Shown piece after piece: positions 1 through 12,343 of a stretch of DNA of 64,000 bases. Origin of the DNA: Nitrospirota bacterium (GTDB lineage Bacteria > Nitrospirota > UBA9217); NCBI GenBank assembly GCA_963818475.1, contig CAWFSF010000006.1:1-64000 (forward strand), given 5' to 3'. Under the pieces are notes generated by a model. It did no database searches and had not been told where the DNA came from. It saw nothing but the letters and a program-made list of their open reading frames with translations. The position numbers were made by a program, and so were the translations under genes. The first letter of the stretch is position 1. Each line of letters begins with the position of its first letter.

Positions 1-50
1 CTTTTGTCTTTAAAAAATCCCTCTTTTTCCTGGTAGTCTTTCAATGCGCG
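1..50 (-). CDS. LigD 3'-phosphoesterase (PE) domain, N-terminal part running off the window edge
   Basis: Reverse strand reads ALKDYQE-KRDFLKTK if one A is removed from an A-run. This matches the L..Y..KRDF..T.EP start of LigD PE modules, and it lies directly after the ligase. Confidence 0.6.
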
Positions 51-176
51 TGCCGGGGAGACATCCGATGGTCTGCCCGGCACCGGTTTTTCCGTACCCA
101 ATTCTCTCACCGGCATGTTGAAGAGTGGTTGCAGGGTCTCTTGCGGGGTACCGACCTGTCTGCGGGGGATCGGTCC

Positions 177-1190
177 TCACCGGTTCGAGCCTGGTTCGAT
201 GTCGCCATCTTCCACCCGTTTATCCGTACGTAACCTGATAAACCGGGGAATTCTCTAGTTTCCGGTCCCTTGTTACTTCCTGGTATGCTACTTCAGCGAC
301 CAGCACCGGTTCCAGCCAGACCACTATGCCTTTTTGCCCCGGTACTGCAAATTGCGGTGTTCCGGTTTTTTAGGGATGAGAACGTGCCCATGAGATCGTG
401 AAGGTCCTGGTCCGAGAAACCCGAACCGACATTGCCGATATACACAAGCCTCCTTTGTGGCGATCCACCTGCAGGTGACCGGTCGCGACTTCAGTCGGGA
501 TCACATCGCGGTCCCTGTTTTTGGTACAACCCCAGGATGAGGGCTCCGAATGCAGGACTGCGGCCTCCCTGCCCGGGCGTGTAACCGGAAATCACGCAAT
601 CGCAGGTCATCTCTGCCTTGATCTTCAACCAGTTGTCGCTGCGCAGGCCAGGCTCATAACGACCGTTCATCCGCTTTGCCATGATCCCTTCAAGTCCCCG
701 TGCAACCGCTGCATGGTGGTAGTCTTCACCTTCCGGTCACCGGTACAGAAATTACCGCATGAGTCCCTCTTAACGGCCTGTTGCAGGATTTCTCTCCGTT
801 CTGACCAGGGGGAGTGTTATAAGGGATTTTTTATTTTTTTTTTAAGATATCGAACACGATATACGTGACCGGAAATCGTTCATCCGGTGAAAGTATTTTT
901 GCCTCTTTTCCGGTGTAAATTCGGGGAAGGAGCGATTGTATATCAGGCCTACCCCCGCTCATCACAACAATTTCACCGTCAAGAACTGTCCCGGGGCAAG
1001 GTGCAGGAGTTCGTCCAGTTCAGGGAACTGTCCGCTCAGGCTCATGGTTGTTCCGGCTCTTTCAGGGACAGGGTCTCGGTATGCGGGGCGATCGCCAATT
1101 ATCACCCACTCTGATCTCGAAAAAACCACTCATCGCTGTTGAAAGGAGTATGATGGTTTTTGCGAACATGGGCTGGTATTCGGACGTCAT
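177..1190 (-). CDS. ligD: ATP-dependent DNA ligase (LigD ligase domain), multiply frameshifted
   Basis: Starts MTSEYQPMFAK. Contains MAKR..GRYEPGLRSDNWLKIK, DCVISGYTPGQGGR...FGALILGLY, LVYIGNVGSGFS and EVAYQEVT...RLRTDK, which are NHEJ ligase motifs. Confidence 0.88.
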
Positions 1191-1212
1191 AACCCCTCAA
1201 TAATTCCGGTAT

Positions 1213-2117
1213 TCATTTCATCTTTAGCGTGGCAATGGTCTCCTGTAATGCCTGCATGAGTTCTTTTGCCTGCTCGGGATGGGGTGGTTCTTCAATAACG
1301 ATCTTCTCACCGGCACGTTTCTTGTTGATAAGTTCCATGACGGCTTTTTGGTACCGGTCAGGATAATCCATAATCGAAAAATCTCCCGCAAGCTCGTTGA
1401 TGATCCGTTTTGCCAGCGCAGTTCGGAGTCTTTTGGCACGGGAAGGCTCGTCAGTCGTTCAAAAGTAAGGGGGGACGTGACCTCGTCTGCATGGCGGAGT
1501 GTCGTCAGGACTAACCCTCCTGGTAGACATGCACCACGACCGGGTATTCCTTTGTCCGGAGGGTGATTGTCCCGACTGCCGCCCGTCCCAGTTCAGTTAG
1601 TGCAGTTACAAGGAGACTGTAGGCTTCCTCGCTCCGGTCCGGAACAAGGATGTAGGGAGTCTCGAAATATGTCGGGTCGAGCGAGAGAAAATACACGAAT
1701 TTCTCAATCCTTATCTTCCGGTCGGACTCTGGCATGATGGCTTTGAGACCTCTTCAGGTTCAAAGACCACGTACCTGCCTTTTTCCACCTCATACCCTTT
1801 GACGGTATCAGCCCACGGGACAACCGCCGCCCGTCCTTTGTGCAGACCCGGTCGTACCTAAGCGGCTGCCCGTCATCCCGGTGCAGCAGCCTGAATGAAA
1901 ACGACCGGTCCCTTACCATCGTGTGCAACCTCACTGGTACATTGACCAGCCCGATCGTGATGCTCCCGCTCCAGAACGGCCGTCCTGCGGTTCCCTTCTG
2001 TTCTGTTTCGTCCGGCAGGTGGTCCGGTCTGACCGGGGATGCGTGACGGTCCTTTTTTGCATCAATCCCCGATACTTCAGGAGTATGGACAGGTCCGGGT
2101 CCGTTACTTCCTTTCAT
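1213..2117 (-). CDS. ku: Ku protein (NHEJ end-binding), frameshifted
   Basis: RPFWSGSITIGLVNVPVRL, FRLLH...LRYDRVC, IEKFV...LDPTYFETPYILVP and C-terminal ELMQALQETI are spread across three reading frames. Confidence 0.92.
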
Positions 2118-2157
2118 GTTCTTTGCACCCTTTCCCGGTGATGCGCGGTGGACGGCG

Positions 2158-3054
2158 TTATCTCGCGATGGTCTGCCTGGTGTCAAAAATACCCCTCCAT
2201 GGGTCTTCACTTCCGGAAAGCATTGTCCGTATATTAAAATCTTCGGGACGAATCCCGTGTATGAGGTTCTCCCAGGTGATCGGTGCAGAAACAGTTGCGC
2301 TGGCAGTAGCACGGAGGGATACGGTGCTGCCATGGTTTTTCCCCGGGCATTCTGGAGATAATCGATAAAGATTGTCCCGGGTGCCGGTGACCGGGCAAAC
2401 TCAGCAACCACGTGTGAGGAGTCCCGTGCGATCGTTTTTCCCAGGGTATGGGCAAATGCCCGCACTACCTCAAACCGGTGTCCACCCGTAAGCGGCACCA
2501 CAATATGGACTCCTTTTTTGCCCGAGGTTTTTACAAACGACCTGATCCCGGCATTCTCAAGGTGTTCATGGACAATATGGGCAACATCGATCACATCGTC
2601 AAAGGTGAGTGGGGGTTCAGGATCGATATCGAAGAGCAGGAAGTCCGGGGAATCGTATAAGAGCGAGGAAGAGAGCGTGGCATGGAGTTCCAGGGATGCG
2701 AGGTTTGCAAGCCAGATGAGCGTATCGAGGTTATTGCACAGCACATAATGGAGATCGCGGTCCGCAGTCGTGTCAGGATGGGTAAAGATATCAACAAAGT
2801 CAGGAGTGCCCTGCGGGGCATCTTTCTCGTAAAAGGCATCCCCTTCAACACCAGCCGGGAAACGGTGCAGCGTGAGAGGACGGTCATGGAGAAAGGGAAG
2901 GATCCGGGGGGCCATCCTGACATAATAGGTGATCACGTCCTGCTTTGTCACAGAAACGGCCGGGTACATCATCTTTTCGAGGTTTGTCAGGCGGACTCTC
3001 GTGAGGTCACGGAGGGATGGTTCTCTGCCGTTATTTCCTGTACCTCCCGGTCAT
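2158..3054 (-). CDS. LigD primase-polymerase (Prim-Pol) domain protein
   Basis: RLTNLEKMMYP, TKQDVITYY, RPLTLHRFPAG, WLANLASLELH, PDFLLFDIDP, KTSGKKGVHI and IFIDYLQNARGKTMAAPY. Confidence 0.93.
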
Positions 3055-3134
3055 TTTGAAATAGTTGATGTTCCCTATTCAAAAATAGTTTTGTGCAATC
3101 GTGAAGCGAAGGTTTTGAACATAAAGGACCCTTC

Positions 3135-3573
3135 GGCTCTGTAGAATTCCTTTTATTCTAGCACAAAATAAAAAGGACACATGCTTTGAAGGAGGGGACA
3201 GTGCCTGTCCCCCCGGACCGCCCCTGCGCAATGTGATAGTGCTGTTATTACCTTCTCGGGGGTTATCGCATTGGGGGGAGCCAAGTGGCGGGGGTGAAAC
3301 CCCCATGAACGTTCAGAATTTTTTAAACATTTCCCATGAAAATCGAAATCATTCCGGTATGATGAGGGGATTATCATCTCTATTCTTCAGTTACGATGAA
3401 CGCCGCCGCCCCCGACGGGACGCCCCCGCGGCGGATCAGTAACTAAAAAATACAATTAACCTTCCTGTCCCGCCGTGCCTCTAAAGAAGCCCTGAGGCGG
3501 GTGTCCATCGCATAGAAAATTGATTTTCATGATTTGGGTGCGAACACTCAGTTCATGCCGTTTCTCCAGAGCC
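3135..3573. mobile_element. MITE-like element, copy 1 (complete)
   Basis: Terminal inverted repeats GGCTCTGTAGAA (3135) and TTCTCCAGAGCC (3573). Flanks GACCCTTC / AACCCTTC match at 7 of 8 bases. Internal GC-rich hairpins, no credible ORF. Confidence 0.8.
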
Positions 3574-3579
3574 AACCCT

Positions 3580-4237
3580 TCAAAACCGGCGGTTCATATT
3601 CATCATGGGAAAATCCTCAACCTGCGTTCCATACCACGTGGAGTACCATACCCGCATTTGGGCTGCTTCTGAACCTTGTGACCTGATGATAGAGTGGCCC
3701 AGGTCCCGCATTTCTTTATGATCGGAATTCAGCGTCATTTGAGCCATCATGATGGCCATCTGGTGATGGGGGACCATCTGTTCAATGAACTCTTTATCAA
3801 ACGGGGTGGCATTTTCGGCTGCACCAGGTCTGTCATACGCCCACCCATGCCCCCGCCCATCATGCCGGTGCCGTTTCCTCCCCGGTTCATGGCACCCCCC
3901 CTTGTCGCGTCCTGATACTCTGGTACGTCCGTGCCATACCAAGCCTTATACCAGGTACGCATCAGGGAGATCTCCTTACTCTGGTCCCGGATTACATTCT
4001 CTGCCAGCTGCCTGATCTCGGGATGTTCCGCTCCATAAGCGCCAGGTTCCCCATATCAATCGCATCCTGGTGGTGAGGGATCATCTGCTCGATGAAAACC
4101 CGATCCGAATCCATCATCATGCCTCCCCTCCTTTGACCGGCAAATGCATTGAAACCCCCAATAGCCATAACGATGAGAATGCCTGCCACAATGACACACA
4201 CAATCAAGATACCCAGCCCGATTGTCTTTGCCTCCAT
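3580..4237 (-). CDS. DUF305 (ferritin-like) domain protein, frameshifted
   Basis: Two copies of the motif FIEQMIPHHQDAIDM / FIEQMVPHHQMAIMM, an N-terminal TM segment and Met/Gly-rich linkers. Confidence 0.85.
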
Positions 4238-4366
4238 TTCAAATTCCCTCCTATTTTATCTTCATTGTCCCATATCATAATCTCATATAAAAAATCGCTC
4301 TGCGAGGTGGCATACTTTGGAAAGGGAATCCGGAAAAAAAGTTTGTGGGTATCAATTACCTTTGCA

Positions 4367-5086
4367 TCAGATATCATCCAGGTACCTCTCCCGGTTCGTG
4401 AGGAAATCCCGGTAGATCTGGAAATAATCCGTATCTTCGTAGGCGACTTTATGGATTCGGGGTCCATCGAAGCTGAAGATTTCCGCATCCGGGCAGGCAA
4501 GGAGGATAGGGGAATGAGTGGCGATGATGAACTGTGCATCTCCCCGTGTGCTGAACTGTCTTAGCAAACGCACCAGTTCGAGCTGCATCTTTGGTGACAG
4601 GGCGTTTTCCGGTTCGTCCAGCAGGTATAGTCCTTTTCTCTTAAAACGGGTCTCAAAAAATTTCATGTGGGACTGGCCATGCGACTTTACAACAAGAGTC
4701 CCGTCACCGAAATACTTCATGGTATCAGGATCAACCATGCCCCACTGGTCGAGGATTTCGGTGAAATGACAAAAAATTTCTGATGCAAAGAACGATCCCG
4801 GGACTTTCCCTTCAGTCCATGTGATCCGGATGGACTGGTGCAGGAGATCTTCATAGCGGTTCTTGCGGTCTTTTGTTCCCTCATGCTCTTCCCAGATATG
4901 GATGGAACAGTCTGCGGGCGATGGCGCGGAGGAGCGTTGATTTTCCGGTCCCGTTCTCCCCAATGAAAAAGGTTACCGGCCGGTAAATTCTATCCCTTCA
5001 GTCTTCTGAAAAATTTCCAGGTTAAACGGGAAACAATTTCTTGTCGGAAAGGTATCGTGGAGCAGACGGAGCGATTGAATATGCAT
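4367..5086 (-). CDS. ABC/AAA-type ATPase (COG3910-like), frameshifted
   Basis: Walker A region GENGTGKST after frame correction, SHGQS signature, LYLLDEPENALSP and IIATHSPILL. Confidence 0.85.
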
Positions 5087-5270
5087 ATCCTGATTGATCT
5101 TTTATGATGCGGAATTTATATCTTTCATTTCCGGTTTTTATTCGTTTACGAAGTTGTTGTTCCCTTTGCACCATGGAAGTAAGGAGCATCTGATCCATGA
5201 TCCTGACCTTCCGCGAGAATGGACCTGGAGATGAGGAAAAAATGGTAGAGCAGGGTGTTTCTTTATGATC

Positions 5271-5549
5271 TTAGTTTACCTTTCCATCGATCTCGATAAT
5301 TCTGGCCACCATGGAGCCTGCCTTGCGGGATTTCTTCCTGCCGGCAAATAACAGTTTGAACAATTCGAAACCGGTGAGCAGGAGGATCATCAGAAACCCG
5401 ACAAAAAACGCATAGGCAAACGGTCGTGCTGCGCATGTATCGCACGAGGATAAAAAGAGTATAAGGTACCATATCATCGCGACAGAAACGAGGATATTGG
5501 CAAGACATCCCATCACCGCCCACAACGGTGGGGAATAGGTATCATGCAT
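5271..5549 (-). CDS. small two-TM hypothetical protein
   Basis: 92-aa ORF with two hydrophobic stretches and a basic C-terminus. Confidence 0.5.
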   Translation of the reverse strand: MHDTYSPPLWAVMGCLANILVSVAMIWYLILFLSSCDTCAARPFAYAFFVGFLMILLLTGFELFKLLFAGRKKSRKAGSMVARIIEIDGKVN

Positions 5550-5607
5550 ATGATCTCGTTGTTTTATTTTTCCGGTACATATAGTATCTCATTGTGGAAC
5601 AGTGCAA

Positions 5608-6436
5608 CTACTCTTCTGGTTTTTTCTCCATCTCCTCCTTTTGTTTCTTTAAGTTCTGGGCAAGGGCAATCACGCCCGTTGTGTCCCCGAGCCCCATCGT
5701 GTTCAGGACCGATGACGGGACAAGGATCAGGACAGAATTGTTGGTTTTGAGTCCTTCGTACAGCATATTCATCCCCCGCAGGTGGAGGGCAGTGGGATTT
5801 CCTGCATACGTCTTTGCCGCGTCCTCAAAACTTTTTGCGATCTGCCGCTCGGAGTCACCAAGGATGACCCGTGCCTGGCGTTCTCGTTCTGCCTGTGCCT
5901 GCATGGACATGGCATTCTGTAAATTCACCGGGATTTCCACGTCCCGTATCTCAACTGACAAAACATTGATGCCCCACCCGTCAATCCGGCGCTGGATTGT
6001 TTTCTGGAGTTCGGTGTCGATCATCTCCCTGCCAGCCAGCATATCGGCGAGCATGGTCTTTCCGATCACATCCCGGAGTGGCAGTTTGTGCAGCGAGCAG
6101 CACGGAGTCCTTGTATGCCTGAACTTCGAGGGCTGCTTTCTGTACATCAAAGACCTGCCAGAACAGGACAGCATCTACGTCCACTGGGACCGTGTCCTTG
6201 GTAAGCGTCTGTTCTGCGTTAAACGAGGTCGTGATCACCCTTGTGTCAATGATATAGGGTATCGTATTGAGGAACGGTATGATGACAACGAGGCCCGGCC
6301 CCCGAATCCCCACAAATTTTCCCAGGTACAGCACGACAACTCTCTCCCACTGTTTGACAATCCTGATGCTGAGTGCGATAAGGACGATGACAACAATCAG
6401 GATGACAACCAGGGCAACAACCGTCAGGAAATCCAT
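5608..6436 (-). CDS. SPFH/band-7 (stomatin-like) protein, frameshifted
   Basis: N-terminal TM, IRIVKQWERVVV..LGK, TLTKDTVPVDVDAV and QAQAERERQARVI. Confidence 0.92.
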
Positions 6437-6780
6437 ATCTGTCCTCTTTTATGTGAGGACTACTATTTTTATGACAGAAAAAGATATCGCAGGATTCGTG
6501 AGGTTGTTTATTTTTGCTCGGGAGAATCAGACATGAACAGATAGAGATCACTCCACAACATTGAAAATATCAGTAGATGAAGGACCCCGCATCAGGGCTT
6601 CTTTTGAGGCACGGTGGGCAAGGAGTTTTTTGAGTTTGTTTTTCATTGAACCGCCGCTGGCGACAGACACCTTCCCGGGGTTGCCGGAATAAAAAAAAGT
6701 TATCACGTTTGTTAAAGGTGAGAAACAGTACACTTTTAGAGGGTTCGACCATGTATCTATTGTATTTTCTTATGGATTTT

Positions 6781-9166
6781 TCACCTGTTATCCAGTTTCA
6801 GGTGGGTCCCGGTGAACCGGTACCCGGTTTTGGGCACCAGCATCTCAAAGAGTGCTCCCTTCCCGGGTTCACCGGTCTCCCGAAGCATGATACCGGTCAC
6901 TGAACAGATTTCATGGGCGAGGAAAAGCCCAAGCCCGGTGTGCTTCCCAAAATACCGGGTAAAAATTTTTTCCTTTTCATCTGCAGGAATCCCGACCCCG
7001 TTATCCTCCCAGGAAATGAGCAGCCCTTCCTGCACTTCCCGTGATGAAACCGTTATCGTTGTCACTTTCTTCCCATGCATCACGGAATTATCAAGGAAAT
7101 TGTAAAACACCTTCTCCAGTATGGGGTCTGCGTAAATCTCGGTATGGTCCAGGGTCTGGTGAAGTGAAATATGCGGGGGGACTTCCAGGCTGGATATGAC
7201 GCTGTCCAGTTTGTGCCATCGTGGTTCAAGGGATCCGAGGTCCTGGTAGACCCGCGTGAACTCAATCAGATCGCGTATCGCAACTGCAGAGGAGTCCACC
7301 TTTTTTAAGAATCCTGCTATTGCCGGATTGGCTGACCGGGATTTGATGAGCTCGATGTTTCCCCTCAAAACCGTTATCTTGTTGAGAATATCGTGACGGG
7401 TGATACTCGACAGGAGGTGGAGTTTATGGTTGGCTTCTTTGAGGCTTTCTTTTGCCCGTGCCAGCTCAACATACTGTTTCCGTAATTCCTCTTCAGTGTT
7501 TGCGAGTTGTTCATATGCCGTATGGAGCTCGGATTCAGCATTCTTGCGGTCAGTAATGTCAAGGGCAGTGAACATGACTGCCCTGTTGATATCGGAAGGG
7601 TCAAGCGGAGTCGAACTGAGGAGGATATCGCGGATTGTGCCGTCTTTTCGTATCCAGCGGGTCTCTACGGTCCCGGTCCCCTGTTTCCGGATCAAATCAT
7701 ATTTTTTAATTCCGACAAACTCAAAGTCTGTATCGCTCGGGTACAGGATGCGGGCATTCTTTCCCATAAGTTCATCGCACGAATACCCGGTCATTTCAGC
7801 GATTCGGTCATTCACCTTCATGAGGACCCGGTCTGAAACAAGACCGATCCCGACCGGTGCTGCCCGGAAGATACTGGCCAGCGTAGCTTCGCTCTCCCGC
7901 AAAGCCTCATCTGCCCTTTTTTGTTCCGTGACATCACTGCCAACTGACTGGTATTCAGTAAGAGATCCCTGTTCATTGAAAATTGCCCGGTCGCTCCAGC
8001 GCTGCCACCGGATCTCGCCGCTGTCTAATATGATACGGTGGGTAATTATGGCAGTGGGATGGTCCCGTGTCAGGGATGCAAAATGTTCTTTTAGAAGCAC
8101 CCTGTCCTCTGCCGGAACATCCGGGATGAATTTTTTTCCGATAATCTCCTCGCGGGTTTTATGATAATACCTGCAATATGCCTCGTTGACAAAGACATGG
8201 GTCCCGTCAGGCAGGAACCGGGAGATGAATTCTGTCTGGTCTTCGACCACATTCGCGGTATCTCTGTTCACTCGCCTCAAGCCTTGTATGCTGGATATTA
8301 AGCGCCGCTTCACTGGCTTTTGCGTGCTCGAATGCTGCCTGCATCTGTTCGCAGGCTGCCTGCAGCTCCTCTTCTTTTTTCCGGAGCGATGTAATATCCT
8401 GGAGGGTTTCAATGGCCCCGGTGATGTTTCCGGCTGGATCACGGATAGGTGCGGCAGTGAAAAACATCCATGTTCCCCCTTTGATGGAGGGGAAATAATC
8501 AGTTGCTTCAAAATTATCAGCAACAACCATGGATTTTACGTGTTTTCCCGCATACCATCGGGTAATCCCGTCGATGTTCCCGTCCACGATGAGATCTGCA
8601 AGGCATGGGCGCTGAGCGGGATAAAAGGCTTTCCAGTGATTTGTGGTATTCACGATCTCGGATGCTGCAAGACCGCTGTATTCTTCCAGGGCCCGGTTCC
8701 AGAAAATAACCCGGTGATTTTTATCGATGACAAACTCCGGTATGGGCGCTCCCTGCACGAGGTCCTGCATGGTCTTTTGCGCTCCCTTGATCTGGATAGC
8801 CTGCCTGACCTTGTGTGCCAGCTCAACAAACTGTGCTTTCGGGTCACCCCCTTTCTGGAGATAAAAGTCAGCACCGCTGTTGAGAGCCTCAATAACAACC
8901 TCTTCCCTGCCTTTCCCGGTAAAAATGATGAAGGGGATGTCATTCGCCTGCGAACGAACTGTTTTTAAAAAGACAATGCCGTCCATATCAGGCATCTGGT
9001 AGTCGGATATGATACAATCGTACTGAGTCCTGGTCAGGGTATCAAGCGCCGCTTTTGCCGACGTGAGCGTATCAATCCTGAAATCCCCGGTCTTTTCAAG
9101 AAATAATTTCGCCAGATCGAGCAGCATCGGCTCATCATCAACATAGAGAACTGAAAACATCCTCAT
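6781..9166 (-). CDS. hybrid sensor histidine kinase (REC-PAS-PAS-PAS-HisKA-HATPase), frameshift near 8250
   Basis: VLYVDDE...IISDYQMP receiver, PAS/PAC repeats, ITRHDILN H-box, NFLDNS..HG, DNGVGI and GLGL boxes. Confidence 0.93.
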
Positions 9167-9356
9167 GAATTCCTGGTTTTCCCGCCTGTTACCTGCATTA
9201 CATTTGGAATGGTTGATATATATAATTCCACGTGGGGCGGGCTATTGAGGTCGCAGGCACGATTATCAGCAGTTCATTCATTTCCTGTTCCAGAAGGCGT
9301 GATACGACCCGGAAGATCCGGTAAAAATGGACCGGGATGCGATAAAAAGAGGTCCC

Positions 9357-10227
9357 CTATGCATATGACCGGATAATGATTACCGGCCGTTTCGCGTTCA
9401 TGACCACATCGTGCACCATGCTGCCGAAAAAGAAGTCGTGAAGACATCCCTGTGCTGCAGATCGCATCCATATGAGCGATACATCCTCCTCGTTTGCGAT
9501 CCTGGGGATCTCTGTTCCGGGTTCCCCGGCAACCACGATACTTCTGGCATGGATGCCCCGGGTGGTAACCTGGTCGCAAAAAGCATGGATCCGTTGTTCT
9601 GCGGTAGAAAACGCCAGCTCATAGTCCTCCTCTTCTTCTCCTTTCTGTACCACGTGCAGGAGAATGATCTCCCCCACACCTTTGATAGTACAGGCAGAGA
9701 GCGGCTGTTTTTTCTGAATGTTCTGAGAAATTTACCGGGCAGAGGACTCTGGAGAAGATCATCGGACAGAACTTCTCATATGTCTCCCCGGTTAGTGTCC
9801 CGACGAGGGTATCTGGCATAATCATGACATTGATTTTACTGATGCGGCAGAGCACCTTTGAAGATACACAGCTGAGAAGAACTCCTGCAACAATGCCCTT
9901 TATGTGTGCATGGATCACAATCAGGCCGGCATGATGTTCCTCTGCTTTTTCCAGGATCGAACCGGTGATATCGGTTGAAATAGTCTCTTCAAGCGTCACA
10001 CGGATAGCCGGGTTGAGTGCTGCGATACAGGCTTTGGCTTCATGAAGGTACACTTCCGCGGTCTTTAGTTCCAGGCTTTCGATGGTATCCACGCCCATGG
10101 GAATCGCGTACTGTTTTATCACGTGGAGGAGGATTATTTCCCGGATACCGGGAATACTGGTGATACAGTGAAGTTCGGTCCTCGCAGGTTTTGAAAAATC
10201 TGTCGGGAAAATAATTTTTTCAAACAT
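9357..10227 (-). CDS. tandem universal stress protein (UspA), frameshifted
   Basis: MFEKIIFPTDFS, second domain VLCPVNFSE, and C-terminal FFGSMVHDVV...PVIII. Confidence 0.88.
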
Positions 10228-11048
10228 ACACCATCACGATGCGACTATGGTCAGAAGCCCGGGAGATTTGCGCTATTAAAGACATTACATATTGCTCACA
10301 TTATATAATCATATGCAAAAAAATTTCCCGACAAAAAAGAAGATACCCGCCACAACCTTGTATGATTGCACCCGGCAGGCTCTGATCGCCGTAGTGTACA
10401 ATCAGTCGATTTTTACTCCTATTCCCTCAAACCACCTGGATTCAAAATTTCCCGAGTAATCGTATTCGTAACCGATTTTTGAAAAAAACGCTTCGAACTC
10501 TTTCTGGGCAAGGGAACTTTCATCCGCAGTATTTTCTGTGCGGTAAAAATGTGCCAGGTAGACAAAACTTACGCCGTGCTCAGGGAAATCTTCCCGTTGG
10601 AGGGAATGAATCATCGGAAACTGTTCAAGATATGCCTCCCAGCCGGGATAGTTGCATTTCACCTCGGGTGGAAGGTCTTTTGGTTCTGGTATGGTTTGCG
10701 CGTGGCTTTCTTTTTTGGGGGCAGGCAGCTTTTATACTTCGTGCCGGTACCCGTTTTACCTTTTTTGCCAAAGTTTTCTCCGTCTGCACCGCCGGTTTTT
10801 AAGTATGCGGTGCCCTATGGCTAATGAACCTGTCAAAAGTATAAAAAATTTTTGATTAATTCAAAAACTTTACCGGGTGCTCAATGCTTCGGACAATTGT
10901 TTTTATCCGATATTCAAATGGCCAGTTCACGACCGCATTTCCCTGTCTGAAAGCATCCTGATAACCGGCAGCACCCGTTTGCCTGCTGCAAAATGTTTTT
11001 AATTCTGAAAATACCAGTGGGTTTGTTAAGGATTACCGGAGGATAAAG

Positions 11049-11264
11049 GTGACACGGATGGCAAGAGGTGAACGGGAATCAGGCCGCAGGGGCGGTGAGG
11101 GATACATGGAGCGGGGTATCCGGGGCAGTAACGATGACCGTTGGGATCCGGTGGACATGGAGCGGGATCCTTACCGTGATCTCAAAGATGGGTTTGAAGA
11201 TCTGCCGGATCCCCTGAATGATGAGTATATCTGGCCCAGTACAGAAGAAGAAGAGGACGACTGA
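11049..11264 (+). CDS. small acidic hypothetical protein
   Basis: 71-aa ORF preceded by GGAGG, with a D/E-rich tail. Confidence 0.5.
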   Translation: MTRMARGERESGRRGGEGYMERGIRGSNDDRWDPVDMERDPYRDLKDGFEDLPDPLNDEYIWPSTEEEEDD

Positions 11265-11476
11265 AAGAGACCAGGACTTCCCTGGCATTTTTTACCCGGC
11301 TCGTACCCCTCACCGAATACCGGTATGGTTTTGTCTCTTTACCTGACACGGGGAGCAGGCGGTTAATACCCCCAGACCAGGTATCAATACGAATTCTGCA
11401 TGCATGATTCCGGGATCCATCAGACAATTAAATAACCATCAGGTTCACATACGTTCTTTTTGGACGAGGAATTACC

Positions 11477-12330
11477 ATGAGATGGAGAGATGGACGACGA
11501 AGTGATAATGTCGAAGATCAACGGGGATTTGGCGTAAAGCAGGGGGCAATCGGTGGCGGTATCGGAATTCTGGCTCTTTTGGTTATCGGTCTTCTGACCG
11601 GTGCTGATCCGGTATCACTTCTGAATGCGATCGTTACACAAAGCGGTTCCATGGAGACAGTACTCCGGTAGTGCTGACCGCGGCCGAGAATGAGTCGGCC
11701 GATTTTGTATCCGTTGTCCTGGCCGATACAGAAGATACCTGGCAGTCGATTTTCCAGCAAAACGGCCAGGTTTACCGGCAACCAAAATTAGTCCTGTTCA
11801 AAGGCAGTGTGGAATCCGCGTGTGGATATGCCCAGGCCGCCATGGGGCCATTTTATTGTCCGGGTGACGAGAAAGTGTATATTGACCTGGATTTTTATAA
11901 TGAATTAAAAGACCAGCTGGGAGCCCCCGGCGATTTTGCCCAGGCGTATGTCATCGCCCATGAAGTGGGTCATCATGTGCAGAAACTTGATGGGACCTCT
12001 GCAGAGGTACAAAGGCTCGAAAGCCAGAGTGACAAGGTCACGGCCAATAAATATTCTGTCATGCTGGAATTACAGGCCGATTGTTATGCGGGAATCTGGG
12101 CGAATCATGCTGACAAACAACGCCAGATGATCGAAGCCGGTGATATCGGGGAAGCCATGAATGCTGCAGCGAAGATCGGGGACGATGCCCTGCAGAAACA
12201 GTCACAGGGCTATGTAGTGCCTGATTCCTTCACGCACGGCACGTCCGCGCAACGGATGAAATGGTTTAACGCCGGTTATGTGAGCGGAGATGTCGGCTCG
12301 TGCGACACCTTCAATGCGGCTGCACTCTGA
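11477..12330 (+). CDS. neutral zinc metallopeptidase (YpfJ family), frameshifted
   Basis: MRWRDGRRSDNVEDQRG start, GPFYCPGD, AHEVGHHVQ, ELQADC and FTHGTS. Confidence 0.93.
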
Positions 12331-12343
12331 TAACAAATCATCC

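Noticed and set aside
1704-2972. Polymerase-Ku fusion (422-aa ORF)
   Set aside because: A frameshift near TMAAPY bypasses the polymerase's own stop at ~2158. The natural C-terminus (PWRGIF...) is visible in another frame.
3135-3573. CRISPR array, tRNA or rRNA
   Set aside because: The repeats are dispersed rather than regularly spaced with unique spacers. I saw no cas genes, cloverleaf or rRNA signatures anywhere in the window.
4367-5086. ATPase as part of an anti-phage defence system
   Set aside because: No partner nuclease or other defence gene is adjacent. It looks like a stand-alone COG3910-type ATPase.
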